Below, one piece after another: positions 14,210 through 26,956 of a stretch of DNA of 64,000 nt (positions are counted from its first letter, which is position 1; the number at the start of each line of letters is the position of its first letter). The notes beneath the pieces are model-generated. The model had not been told where the DNA came from and did no database searches. It saw nothing but the letters and a program-made list of their open reading frames with translations. The translations under genes and the position numbers were made by a program. This stretch comes from Vicugna vicugna (lineage: Eukaryota): contig MU057632.1 of the NCBI GenBank assembly GCA_013265495.1, forward strand, positions 170,054 through 234,053. Reading direction: 5' to 3'.

Positions 14210-14432
14210 AATTGGTAGTTCGAGATTTGCAGATACTAAGTGCTGTAGATGAAACAGATAAACAACAAGTTTTTGTTACATAACACAGAGAACTATATTC
14301 AGTATCTTGTAATAACATATAATGAAAAAGAATCTGAAAAGGAATATATGTATGTACGTGTATGACTGAAGCATTATGCTGTACACCAGAAATTGACACA
14401 ACATTGTAAACTGACAACAATAAAAAAAAATA
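14210..14432 (+). mobile_element. L1 3' end
   Basis: gagatttgcagatactaa...agataaacaacaag...gaactatattcagtatcttg...gctgtacaccagaaattgacacaacattgtaaactgac plus A tail. Confidence 0.88.
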
Positions 14433-15330
14433 AAGTCACAAAGTTCATAAGTGGAAAGAAAGTTCCTGCCAGGTATTTTCTTTAGTTCTAGGTTTTTCTT
14501 ACAAATGTTATATTATTTCAGTCTTTGTAACAACTGTGTTGATCAGGCATTCTACAGATATTGTACACGTGAAAAAAGTGAGACACACACAAAATGTATT
14601 AGTTTCAAAAGATCAGCTATAGAGCTGTTACACTGCAGTGCAAAAAGGATGCTACAGAGTTAGTTCATTAGACAAAACCTTGACAAAGTAAAAAGAATCC
14701 TGCAGGTCTGAGACAATTAAAAAAATTATGCACACAGTGAATCATAATTTAAGTGTTTCAAGTCACAAAATATGCAAAAGGAACCACAGATTTGATTTAA
14801 TACCCTCACTGTAATTCAGATCAGAATGAAATAAAAAATGAGCAACCACATGGCAAACAATGAATGCAGTCACAAAAATGTTTCTGGTTGGGTTACAGTC
14901 ATCCACTGGAATTTTGTGTCAGTGCCACCTAGATGTTTCCTAGGTTAATATTTTAGAAGTTATGGATACTCTTTACTTTTATTTTAATTTATATTTATTA
15001 TTTTTGTAGTTCATTACTTTGCACGAGGTTCCACAAGGTTCGACTCTTGTATTACAAGTATCTAGAGCAGTGCCTGAACCATGGTAGGCATCTGATAAAT
15101 GTTTATAGAATCAACTTGGGTTAATAAATATTTAAAAGTAGCTTGAGCTTTGTTCTCTTGCCACCTCAGTGGCTTAATAATTGGGACATCAATCTAAAAG
15201 ACTCTTAAGTTAACCAAACCAGCACTGACTTCTACTGCAACATCATAATTCACTGCCGTCATCCATTAGTGCTTCTAAAAAGCAAATCTCACTAAGGTTG
15301 ACCTTTTATTAAGTTGGGTAGGTGTGGTCT

Positions 15331-18280
15331 TTAAACCATCACAGGAGACTCCTGAGCACCTCCTTCCACACACACCAGAGGAACAGCAGTTTCCTCTGAA
15401 GGGAATCGGGACACGAGCTGAGCGGCTCCTACACATTGTAGGCAAAGGAGAAAAATGTTCCCATCAAGACAGGTAGGAAAGGCTGAGTGAGACACTCTCG
15501 CCATAAATCCCACTTCTAGCCCAGTGCTGTACAAATGAAGGGGAACCCAAACTGCCAGCTTCCCCTGAGAGTCTAACAGTGTGAATCTCACCTTTAGCAC
15601 CCCAATTTTTAAGATGCCCATCAGAGAGATGGAACCCCCAAAACCTAGCTCTGCATCCATGAGCACCACAAGACTGTAGCAAAGAAGCTGGTGTTAATGG
15701 GGGTGAGCACCCCACAGCAGCCATCACCCCACATCATCTATCACTTCCTCGGCTCAGTGTGTAGGCAGAAACGCCCACCTCCCAATCTTTTGAAAGGATT
15801 TTATTTGCATGCTTTATTTAAAAGCTGCTCCTGGCAGGGGAGAGTATAGCTCAGTGGTAGAGCGCATGCTTAGCATGCATGAGATCCTGGGTTCGATCCC
15901 TAGTATTTACATTAAATAAAAAATAATATGAATAAGCAAATCAAATTACCCCCCTCCCCAATTAAAAAAAAATGCTACTGCCCGATGGTCAGGCTTCTAA
16001 CTTTACCTGCATCTAGTGTGTAACTGCAGTTCATAATATGGAGAGTAGCCAGTGGACACTTCCCCTGCCCTTTCCCTCTAGCCTGCTCCAAGTTGCCAGC
16101 ATCTCCCTGTAGGAGCTTTAATACACATCTGGCTCCCCAGGTTTTGAGGCTGCTGCTTGAGAGAAAACCCCCTGTATCAGCTGGCTTTGATAGCTAACAG
16201 GACTTGCATTCAGGAGTCCCAGAGGACTATAGCAAAGAAAGAAGATGCTCTTACTGGGTTCAGGAGCCCTGCAACCCCCCTCCCCACTCCATGGCTATAT
16301 AACTGGGCCCAGTAGAGAGAGAAGAGGTAAAAATGCCCACTTTCTCCCTGGGTGGGGTCTAACCACCTACTTTCCTAGCTGCTGCTGGAGGGTCCAGCTT
16401 CCAACTGCCCTTCAGCTAAGGAGCTGACTGCGATCTTCCCCTTTGGGACACGATGGGTCTTGGCATGCCTTCAACTCCTGGGAGACACAAAGAACAGGGG
16501 AGATGGTGAGACAAACACAAAGGTTTTAGAGACAGCCAGAAGCAAAGGCTAGGCTCATTGATGATGTTCAGCTCCTACACAAGACCAGTCTGTCAAGAAC
16601 TGGGGAGGTGGCTATTCTATCCAATGCACAGAAACTAACACAGAGAGTAAAGGGACATGAAGAAACAGAATAATATATTCCAAACAAAAGAACATGATAA
16701 ACGTTCAGAAATAGATCTCAATGAAACAGACAACCTAGAAGAAATAGGTAAATTCCTAGAAACATACAACTTATCAAGACTGAATCATGAAGAAATAGAA
16801 AATCTGAACAGACCAATTACTAGCAAGGAGATAGAATCAGTAATCAAAAACCTCCCAACAAACAAAAATGTCCAGGAGCAGGTGGCTTCATTGGTGACTT
16901 ACACCAACATTTAAAGAATAAATATCAATCCTTTTCAAACTCTTCAAAAACAAACAAAACAAAACAAAAGAGGAAAGAACACTTCCAAACTCATTTTATG
17001 AAGTCAGCATTACTCTGATACCAAGAACAGACAAGGATACAGCAAGAAAATGAAACTACATATCCCTGATAAGTATAGATGTAAAAGCCCTTAATGAAAT
17101 CTTTGCAAACTGAATTTGAAAGTATATTAAAAGGTTCATACATTACGATCAAGTAGGGTTTATTCCAGGGATGCAAGGATGGTTTGACACCTGTAAATCA
17201 ATCAATGTGATGCACCATATTAACAAAAGGAAGGATAAAGATGATATAATCATCTCAATAGATGCAAAAAAAGCATTTGACAAAATTCATATACTTTCAT
17301 GATTAAAAACTCTCAACAAAATGTACACAGAGGAAATGTACTTCAGTGTAATAAAGGCCATAAAAGAAGCCCACAGAAAGCATCATGCTTAATGATAAAA
17401 AAACTGAAAACTTTCCCTCTGAGATCAGGAACAAGTTAAGGATGCTCACTCTTTCCACTTTTACTCAACATAGTGTTCGAAGTCCTGGCCACAGCAATTA
17501 CGCAAGAAAAAGAAATAAAAGTCATCCAAATCAGAAAGAAAGAAGTAAAACTGTCACTATTTGCAGATGATAAGATATTATTTATAGAAGACCCTAAACA
17601 TTAAACCAAAAAAACCCCCTTGGAAATAATAAGTGAATTAAGTAAATTTTCAGGACACCAAAGAAATATTCAAAAATTGTTGTGTTTCTGTACACTGACA
17701 ACAATCTAAGGAAAAGAAATTAAGAAAAAAAACTCATTTACAATAGCATCAAAAATAATACAATATTTAGGAAGGAATTTAACCAAGGAGGTGAAAAATC
17801 TGCTCAGTGAAAAGTGTAAAACATTGATGAAAAAAATTGAAGAAGACATCAATATATGGAAAGACATTCCATGCTGATGGATTGGAAGGATTCATATTGT
17901 TAAAATGTCCATACTACTCAAAGCAATATACAGATTCAATGCAATCCCCATTAAAGTCCTATGGCATTTTTCACAGAAATAGAACAGTCCTAAGTTTGTA
18001 TGGAATCACAAAAGACTCTAAACAACCAAAACAATCTTGTGTTCTGGGGATCTATTGTATACATGGTGATTGTACTCAACAGTACTGTGTTATATCCTTC
18101 AGAGTTGCTAAGGGTAGATTTTAAATGTTCTTACCACAAAAAAGAAATGGTAATTATGTGACATAATGAAGGTATTAACTAATCATCATGTTGTGATATA
18201 TGTGTACCAAATCAATAGTTGTATACCTTAAACTTCCACAATGTTTGTGTCAGTGAAATTTCAATGAAGCTAGGGAAAAC
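15331..18280 (+). mobile_element. Internally deleted L1 (probable 5' UTR, ORF1 start, ORF2 RT core, L1MA9-like 3' UTR)
   Basis: ORF 16657..16914 reads MKKQNNIFQTKEHDK (ORF1-start-like) fused to DNLEEIGKFLETYNLSRLNHEEIENLNRPITSKEIESVIKNLP (ORF2). Degenerate RT motifs gatcaagtagggtttattccagggatgcaaggatgg, gatgcaaaaaaagcatttgacaaaattc and ctatttgcagatgat. 3' UTR starts at ~18040. The 5' UTR assignment (15331-16656) is less certain. Confidence 0.8.
15837..15972 (+). mobile_element. Vic-1-like SINE nested in the L1 5' region
   Basis: ggggagagtatagctcagtggtagagcgcatgcttagcatgcatgagatcctgggttcgatccc. Confidence 0.9.
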
Positions 18281-18590
18281 CTGGATAGAAAAGCTTAAGC
18301 TATGTGATTAGTTAATTGTCTAAAATGTTTTTGAAACATAGAAGCGTTTTAAGGGGAGATAACACATTTTCGTATAATGTAGGAACTACAGACAGCCCTC
18401 GAAGCCCACTGGCTTCAGATTAATTTGTTTATCTGCTCATGTATTAAGCAGTTAATTGAGGGTCAAGCATCATATCAGACACTTGCATTAGAAATGAATA
18501 TGCATTAATCCATCTGATCGTCAATCTACTGCAAACATCTATCAAGTTCCTACTCTGTTCCAGGCATTGTGCTAAATGCTCTGTGTGTAC

Positions 18591-18803
18591 CAGTGATTGT
18601 CACTGGGGACAGTTCTGCCTCCCAGGGAACATCTGTCAATGTCTGGAGACATATTTGGTTGTCATAACTGGGGAGTGGGTTGCTACTAGCATCCAGTGGT
18701 AGAGGTCAGGGTCTTCAAAACATCCTACAATGCCCAGAACAGCCCCCTGAGAAGAGATTTCCCTAGTCCCAAATGTCAGTGGTGCCAAGGTTGGGAAAAC
18801 CTG
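18591..18803 (+). mobile_element. MER20 (hAT-Charlie DNA transposon fossil) inserted in a MIR
   Basis: cagtg...aatgtctggagacatatttggttgtcataactgggg...gctactagcatccagtggtagaggtcaggg...aaacatcctacaatgc...aaatgtcagtggtgccaaggttgggaaaacctg. MIR-like sequence on both flanks (18540-18590 and 18804-18960). Confidence 0.88.
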
Positions 18804-19787
18804 ATATACCTTATTTTACTTAGTGCTCCAAATAACCCTATGATGTAGATAGAATTATTAGCATCTTCTTGCAAATGAAGACCTGGGGCTTGCAGGGGTC
18901 AACTAACCAAGGTACAACATCCTTAAGCGGCTGAGCTGAACTTTACTTGACTCCAAAGTTGCATCCTGAAGAGTTATGGGACATCATTCCTCTGATAAAG
19001 TAAATCAGAGTGACCTGGATTGGGAGACTGTGGGGGTAGGGGGAGGAGAAAGGGATAGGTTGCAAAAGCAGGTGGTTCTAAAGCAAGAATAAATTGTTAT
19101 TGCATACAGCATTTAGGAAAGCAAGACGTGCAGGCAGAATAAAGCAGAAATAAAGTGATATTAAAACAAACGGTACTTTTATGGATACATCAAGAGAAAA
19201 TGAGATTAGAGAAAGAAATAGAACTGCTAATAAACAAGGAGGAGCTTCAAAGTGCATGAAAAAAAAAAGCATATAATTGTGAGCTCTTAAACACTTCTCC
19301 CAGCAGAAACAGATGGGAACTAGTTGGGAAGTAGTGAGGAAATATTTATTGACTACAAGCAGCCCATTCAACATATGAAACACAGGCTTATAAAGTATTA
19401 GGAAGTAGGCATACATACTGTACTGAATCACTTAGAATGATTTATGGATGAATTCCTGAGATTTGAGGAGATGGCAAAGATTTGAACAAAGTGACCTTTG
19501 AGACACAGAGGGACTGTACCAGCGCTAATCAGTAGACTCCAGCTCTGCTCCAGTATTGGTCAGCAGAACCATTATAAATTGATCTTTGTGAACTCTGTGT
19601 CAAAGGGACTGGCCATGGAAAAACTGAAAAGCCGTCATCATAAGGTGGGGATTCACATCCAAGGTTCCCCTACGGTGAACCCAAAGATGTGCTCAAAGCA
19701 AGCTCAACTGCACATCTGAACTTGACAGGCTGGGTTCTGTCACTACAATTACATGACATAATGCACCGTTGGAAAGTGTATTTTGTC

Positions 19788-19942
19788 GGGGAGGGGGATA
19801 GCTCAAGTGGTGGAGCACACGCTTAGCATGCACAAGGTCCAGGGTTCAATCTCCTGTACTTTCATTAAAATAAATAAACAAGTAAAAGACCCAATTACTC
19901 CCCAAATAAAAAAAATAGCATTTTAAAAAAAGAATAAAAAAA
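19788..19942 (+). mobile_element. Vic-1-like SINE
   Basis: ggggagggggatagctcaagtggtggagcac...; TSD GAAAGT(G/A)TATTTT. Confidence 0.88.
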
Positions 19943-20056
19943 GAAAGTATATTTTAGTACACTTGGCTTAATTTAAAATCATAATGGGAAGAATGAAATC
20001 ATATGGATTAAACAAAGCACAGTTGAGCACTTTGAAAGTAGTCATTGTAAGGAGAG

Positions 20057-20959
20057 AAACATTTTCCAGAGGTGAACCACAGAGAGGGTACGGCTTGACA
20101 TCTAGAGACGGTCTGGAGAGTTTATGCTTTAAAAATTTTTGTAAATTATATTAAGAGCCTCCAAAAGTTTCCCCTAATAGCGAATATAAATTTCCCTCTT
20201 ACACTTTCTCATGTCACTTTGTATCTCTAGGCAAAACAGAAATGGGACAAAGGCTCCATTTTTGATGACTATTTCTCTCACCATCTTTTTGTTCTTGTTT
20301 CCTTGGGCTCTTTTCAGTGGCCTCACTTTTAGTCACACTCTGGATAACTTTAATGTAATGTATGTTTTAAAATTATAAAAGCAGCAGCTGCTGGAAAATA
20401 GCAAAACCTTACACATGTGTATAAGGTAAGAAGTAAATTTATTTAATTAGCTAATTCCTGATGAATGAACTTTAGGTTACTTTAATTTTTCCTATTAAAA
20501 TTATGCTGAAGTGAATAGCCCAGTACATCTATTTTTGTAGGTATTCTTTTTTTTAATGTTTTATTTATTTTTAAATTATTGCATTATTTAATTATTTTAT
20601 TTGGGGGGGAGGTAATTAGATTTATTTATTTTTAGAAGAGGTACTGGGGACTGAACCCAGGACCTCATGAGTGCTAAGATGCGCTTTACCACTTGAGCTA
20701 TAGCCTCCCCTCTGTAGGTTTTCTTTTTAAGGATAAATTCCAAGACACTGGATTGTTGGAATGAATGTTGGGGCATATTGCATTTTGACATCCAAACACC
20801 ATCCAAATGATGTTGTCAACTATCACTAACAATGTATGAAAGTACTTTTGTCTTTCCCTGCTAATAAAAACCAATGCCATTAATATCCTTCATATGCAAA
20901 AATAAACATTTTCCAGAGGTAAACCACAGAGAGGGTACGGCTTGACATCTAGAGACGGT
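20057..20959 (+). repeat. 56-bp direct repeat pair (20057-20112 and 20904-20959)
   Basis: AAACATTTTCCAGAGGT(G/A)AACCACAGAGAGGGTACGGCTTGACATCTAGAGACGGT, 55/56 identical, offset 847 bp. Confidence 0.95.
20547..20711 (-). mobile_element. Vic-1-like SINE inserted in an old antisense L1M fragment
   Basis: Antisense head; TSD TGTAGGT(A/T)TTCTTTTT. Confidence 0.87.
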
Positions 20960-21429
20960 ACTGGTAGAAAACTGGACTGAAGGCATACATATAAATTTGC
21001 CCTAGGAAGAAGTAAAAATGGTCAATAAATTATGGAAAGAAGTGCTTTATAATCTCTAGTTTTGAAATTTAAAATAGTAGTGAGGTACCATTTTAACCTA
21101 CCAAACTGACAAAGTTTAAAAAAAACAGTCAATATTGTCAAGGAAGAGAAGAAAAAGTTCTTTCATGAAGATTTTGTATAACAATAAAGTAGTTTAATTA
21201 TCAGGGGGAGGGGACTTTGGCATTATATTCCAAAAGTATTAACTATTTGAAACTTTTTATTTCAGCAATTTTAGTTCTAGGAATTTAACCTAGTTGAAAA
21301 AATTTAGGTGTCAATAAAGGTTTGCCTAAGAAGGCTTATTACACTATTACTACAAAAATAAAAAATTAGATCCAATTCAAATCGCTAATAAAATGCATTC
21401 ATTGAAAACAATATTCTTTCTATCCCAGA

Positions 21430-21840
21430 GCATATGGAGCTAGTCTGTCTGAATTCCAGCCCTGGCTCTCCCTCTTAGAATCTGGGTTAAGCGGATTCAG
21501 TTACTGAACCTCTCTGTGCCTCAATTTCTTTTTTTTTTAAATTTTTTCTTGAAGTGTAGTTGATCTACAATGTTAGTTTCAGGTGTACAGCAAAGTGATT
21601 TAGTTACACATATATATACATCTATGTATTTCCTTTTCAGATTATTTTCCATCATATGTTATTAAAGAAACTGAATATAGTTCCCTGTGCTATACTTGCC
21701 TCATTTCCTTTATCTGTAAAATGAGAATCATAAAAGCATCTGTATCATACAGATGTTGTGAGAATTAAATAAGTTAACACATTCGAAAGATCTTAGGTCA
21801 GTGTTAACACATAATAAATTTTATATAATTTATTATTAGT
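21430..21840 (+). mobile_element. MIR interrupted by a short antisense L1 3' end (~21530-21695)
   Basis: MIR core aacctctctgtgcctca...tctgtaaaatgagaat...gttgtgagaattaaat; TSD TGCCTCA(A/T)TT(T/C)CTT around the L1 piece. Confidence 0.8.
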
Positions 21841-22164
21841 AGTAATAGTATTACCATGGATAACTGTGGAACAACAGATCACGTTTCAGAATATTGATAA
21901 GAAAATTTTCCTCCAATACATCATTTTGCAAAGAATTGATTGCACAGCAGGATACACAGGTTGACACCAATTTTGCCCCTGAAAGGATTATGTGTTCTTA
22001 CAGTGTATATAAAACTAAATATTATAAGTACCTCTACCTGCATGTTAACAGTGATTATCTTTGGGTGGTGGAAATAGTTTCTTAATGCATATATCTTTTA
22101 TCCGAATGATCTATAATAAACATTCATTGCTTTTGTACTGAGGAAAAGGAGAATTATTATTTAT

Positions 22165-22292
22165 TGGGTTTTTTGTAGGGGGAGAGAAGTAATTAGGTTT
22201 ATTTGTTTATTTATTTTAATGGAGGGACAGGGGATTTAACTGAGGACTGCGTGCATACTAAACATGTGCTCTACTACTGAGCTAGACCCTCT
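22165..22292 (-). mobile_element. Vic-1-like SINE (diverged)
   Basis: gtaattaggtttattt...aatggagggacaggggattt...catgtgctctactactgagcta. Confidence 0.8.
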
Positions 22293-23461
22293 CTTATTAT
22301 TTATTTAAAATAAGAAACGATGACCCAGGAAGCTGGCCCATTGGCCAAGATCATTTATCTAGTCAGTGGAGGGAATGAAGGGAAAAGGGTATTTAACGAG
22401 TGTCTTGGGTGAACAGGGCTCCGTGGGGTGCTTAGCACACAGATTCTATTCCAATCCTTCTCCATCATGGCCCTCGAAGGAGACACAGAGGTGGTGAGTG
22501 TGGGCTTGGTGAGAGAGTGCCCAGATACTCCTAGCAAACAGGGATGTAGGCAAGTCAACCAAGGCTTAAATGTGAAACTTCAAGAAATAAAGTATTATTA
22601 AGAATAGGGAAGATAATCACTTCCAGATGATTGGCATTCATATAAATTTAGCAGAAATCTTATTAACAAATTTTTATATTTGAAGTTTTCCCAGTGGAAG
22701 AGAAGACTATAATAGAGTAGTGGTCAGTCTGTCCCATCTAGGAGGGACCGGTGCTGCAGGAACTTGTAAGTTTTCAGTGTACCATGTATATATCCTGTGC
22801 CAGATGCTTGATTGACAACAAAACAGCAAGACAGGGAGGAACTGAAGTTGTGTGGTTCCACTGGGTTCTCCTATGAATGCAAAATCCTAACCTCTCAAAA
22901 TTAACAGAGATACAAAGTGCGGAAGAATAAAGAGCACTGGACGGTGCCTGGCTCAACCGTCAGTTCTGTCCTTAACCCACGCTGTCACGAGCTCCCTCTC
23001 AGGGATGGTTTCCATGGCTTGAAATTGAGGTGGACTGAAGTGGGCAGTCCCAGCAGACTTTCTAACTCTGAGTTTCTAGAATTCTAAGTGGTATGTTCTT
23101 TATTTGGACACGAAGTCACAAGGCCAGTTTAAGAGGACACTACCATGGTGGGACAAAGGGTGAGAGCAGCTTTAGAAGGACCCCAGAAAGGGCTGGATCC
23201 GGGACACATGAAGGTGGAGGTGTTGAGACTTGCCAAAGTGTGGCACACAGAAGGGCATCTAAGGGTGACTTCAGGGTTTTTGGCCTGAGCAAACTGAGTG
23301 AATGAAGGCTATTTGCGGAGATGGGGGATAACTGTGGTTGCAGCGGGGAGCAAAAGGAGGGCGATCTGAGGGAGTGCCTTGTCAATTTTGAGATGCCCTC
23401 TAGAAATCACATAGACAGTATGAGAGGCTGGGGTTTGGGGAGAAGTCAGAATTATAGAGTC

Positions 23462-23465
<4 letters not shown>

Positions 23466-23513
<48 letters not shown>

Positions 23514-23537
23514 TGTGTGTGTGTGTGTGTGTGTGTG
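23466..23537. repeat. Compound microsatellite (AG)~22(GT)~13
   Basis: Directly visible. Confidence 0.97.
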
Positions 23538-24749
23538 ATGCCACAGGACTAATCTCCAATATCAGTCATATACTGAAACTATTGCTTCAGAGTGTGATCA
23601 AAGATGTTTAATTTCAGATGTGGGTTACAGATTGGAGGATGTAAGTGTAAGGAAGCAGTGTTTCTGTGTTTATAAAACAGGAAAGAAGCAGTTGTCCTCG
23701 GAGAATCGCTGTGAACTAGGTGGAGGCAAATATCCTATTTAAGGCAACGCTTGTACCTTGAGTAAATCACCTAGGTGTAATCCCGTCAGTCCTCAAAAAA
23801 TCAAAAGGATGAGAAGTCACGGTATTTCTGGATGATTCAGAGCATATTTTAGGGCAATGACATGGTGGCTTGATTTTACGTTCCTTTATATAGAAAGTAC
23901 AAGGATGGCTTTTAGAAGCAGTAGTTTTGCACGCTGACATCCTCAGATGTTTAAACTGTTCACCTAGTGCCTATTTTCATACATAGCAAATGGCAAACCT
24001 GCAGTCAGTTTCGACTTCACACAGCCCCATACCGGTATTTGGCTTCATGTCTAAAAAAAGATTTGGATTTCTACCAAGGAGTGATCATAGCCGAAACTTC
24101 TCCTGGAAATCCCCTAACACACTACGATGAAATCTAAGGCTTAGATATCTTGTTCAGTGTGCTCACCTGAATGGTCATGCACTAATAATGAAACAATGAT
24201 GTCATTTATAGGGTTATATTTACAGAGTGAAAGCAAAATACCTGATTTCAATACTCCCGTTTTGGATTTACTCTAAGCAGTCACATAACTTTTTGAAGCT
24301 TGGCGTCCACCTATGTTCAGTAGTGTTGGCTTATGTAATTTTTCTTCCATGTGATCCTTATGTGAAACTTGATACTTTCAGATGACATGCAGGTTACAGT
24401 GAATCATCACCTACTAGTACAAGTTTTTGAAAAGCTGTCTTCAGGAGCTTTTTGAATAGGCTCTGCTATTTGGATTTGGCAGATGGAGATGCCATTTCAT
24501 CTAAAACGTCACTAACCAAAGGACACCTATGGAAGGGAATTTATTCTAAGTATTATCTGGAGATATTGAGAATTACCTGGTACACCTGGCTCCCAATCTT
24601 TTTCAGTGCACAATTTCTTATTTTTAGAAATAAGAAATAGATACAGTTTAGGCTTCTGGAAAATCCTTAGGGATAAACACTGGGGTGTGAAAATGGACTT
24701 TTCCTTCTGTGAAGAAAGAAAAGATAGTGTTTTAAAAGAGTGAATTTGA

Positions 24750-25055
24750 AGACAGGCTCAAGGATGTATTGTGCAACATGGGGAGTATAGCCAATATTTT
24801 GTCATAACTGTAAATGGAGGGTAACCTTTATTTATTTATTATGGAAGTATGCTTGGTTTACAACGTTGTACTACTTTCTGGTGTACAGCATAGTGATTCA
24901 GTTATACATGTATATATATTCCTTTTCATATTTTTTTTCATTATGGGTTACTACAAGATATTGAATGTAGTTCCCTGTGCCATACAGTAGGACTTTGGTG
25001 TTTATCCTGGAAAATAATCTTTAAAAGTTGTATAAAACATAAAAATAATTATTTT
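24750..25055. mobile_element. Nested L1 3' ends (sense fragment interrupted by an antisense fragment)
   Basis: Outer TSD AAAGAGTGAA(T/C)TTGA near 24735 and 25057. Inner antisense L1 tail at ~24830-25007. Confidence 0.7.
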
Positions 25056-25073
25056 TAAAGAGTGAACTTGAGT

Positions 25074-25179
25074 NNNNNNNNNNNNNNNNNNNNNNNNNNN
25101 NNNNNNNNNNNNNNNNNNNNNNNNNNNNNNNNNNNNNNNNNNNNNNNNNNNNNNNNNNNNNNNNNNNNNNNNNNNNNNN
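25074..25179. other. Assembly gap (106 N)
   Basis: Run of n characters. Confidence 1.
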
Positions 25180-26956
25180 GGATTATTAACAGATCATGTT
25201 TAATTACTCGCCTAAGTTCCATCTTTAATTATCAAATCCTCGGCAAAATTCGCCCTCATTGGCACTAGATAAAGGCAGTTTTTAGAACTTTCCAATTTCA
25301 TATTTGCTTCTACATGTTACTGTTCGTGAACTCTACAGAGTATATCACTGTTCTCATCCTTGCAGTATCCCAGAGATGCTTGTACAAGATGATACAGTAA
25401 GTCACTTCCAGAGGTAGGATTAGCATTCATGGTAACGACTCCCGAAGCTGCAGCTCAGACCACAAAACTCGCACTCTCATAACAAATCCTGCAGCTACGA
25501 GGACAAAGCCTGCTTTGGGCTCACTTTCTTTTCACAGTCCATCCCCTTCCCACCGCCTTGAGCTTTTTGAATAAGACACGCTCCGTTTAAAGGAGAAGAA
25601 AAACCAAAGTTTATTGAAACCATGTGATGCTGCAACCTGAAAATCCTTTGTAAAGAGGCTGTGGATGCTTAGCTGAGATCAACACCACCGGGGCGGGCAT
25701 TTTCCCACAAATGAAATACAGAGAGAAGCATCCAGAGAGTATAATTCAAAAACAGTTTCGGATGCGCACATTTTAACACAATGCCCAGTAAATATCTGGA
25801 AAACCACAGAAACTTGATAAGAGCAGGATTTCAACGTCACACAGTGGCCAATGTCCTAAGGATTAGCTACACAACTGTGACCTTCACACTCAAACCCTCA
25901 TTTGGAGTCTGCAGGAGCAGCTAAAATCAAATATTTCAAACATTTTGCAAAAGGCAGAAGTCAAAGAATTGAGCAAAAGGCAGCGTGGGAGTAGAAGAGG
26001 CTCCTGGAAAGGAGGCTCCAATGACAAGAATGCAAAATCAGCACTTAGTGAACAAAAATATCATCACATCCACATGACCAAATTAAAGCAGCGAACTGAA
26101 GGAATTAGATTTAAAAAAAGACAAAAAACAGTCAGGCAAAAAGTATTGCTCTGAAAATTCCTGATAACCGAGGTAAGGATGTGATTTTTTTTTTTGTCTT
26201 GCACTGCTTGTATAATTTGCCACATTTTCCCCTTCATTTCCTTATACCGTTTTTACACTGTGTATGGTGAGGGCACAGTGGGGGTGAGATTCTGCATGTG
26301 AATGTCTACCAGCTTGTAATTTTTTGGAATTTTTTAATTGACTCAATAAGCATTTATTATGTCCAGAGACTGCTAGGACCTGGGCTTCTAGTGGTAAAGG
26401 GCATGGTGGGCCGTAGATGGGGTGGACAAGAGAGACGACCCAGGCCGGCACAGAGGTGAGAGAACAGTTGGAACGGAAGAACTAGACAGAGTCACCAAAA
26501 TCTGGGGTGACACATGTTAAGATGGGAACAATATAGGGAACAAAGCGCAGGCTCTGTTAACCTAGTTAAGGGGCCAGAAAGCCATTCTGTGAGAAATGTA
26601 GGTTAAGCTGTAATTAACAACCAGTCAAAAACAAAGCTATAAAATCAGTCTTATTAACCCAATGTTCTTTAGGTACCATAACACAACCATGTCTGAAATG
26701 ATCACATCTAAAGAGCTCTAGACTCAAAAGTATCTGGCCTGGTTCCCTCCCCATCTTCTCTTCTTTAAACTAAAATTTATTCTTATTTAAGATACACAGA
26801 CTCTCAAATTCTAGGAATTTAGTATTGAGGGAGATAATTTAAGAAAAAACTATCAGCAAAAACGTACAAAGAGGTTTTACTGAGTTGATAATTTTTTTTT
26901 CTGATTGTATTTGTCTATTCTTGGATTGATCTGAGATAATACTGAACCTATCACTT

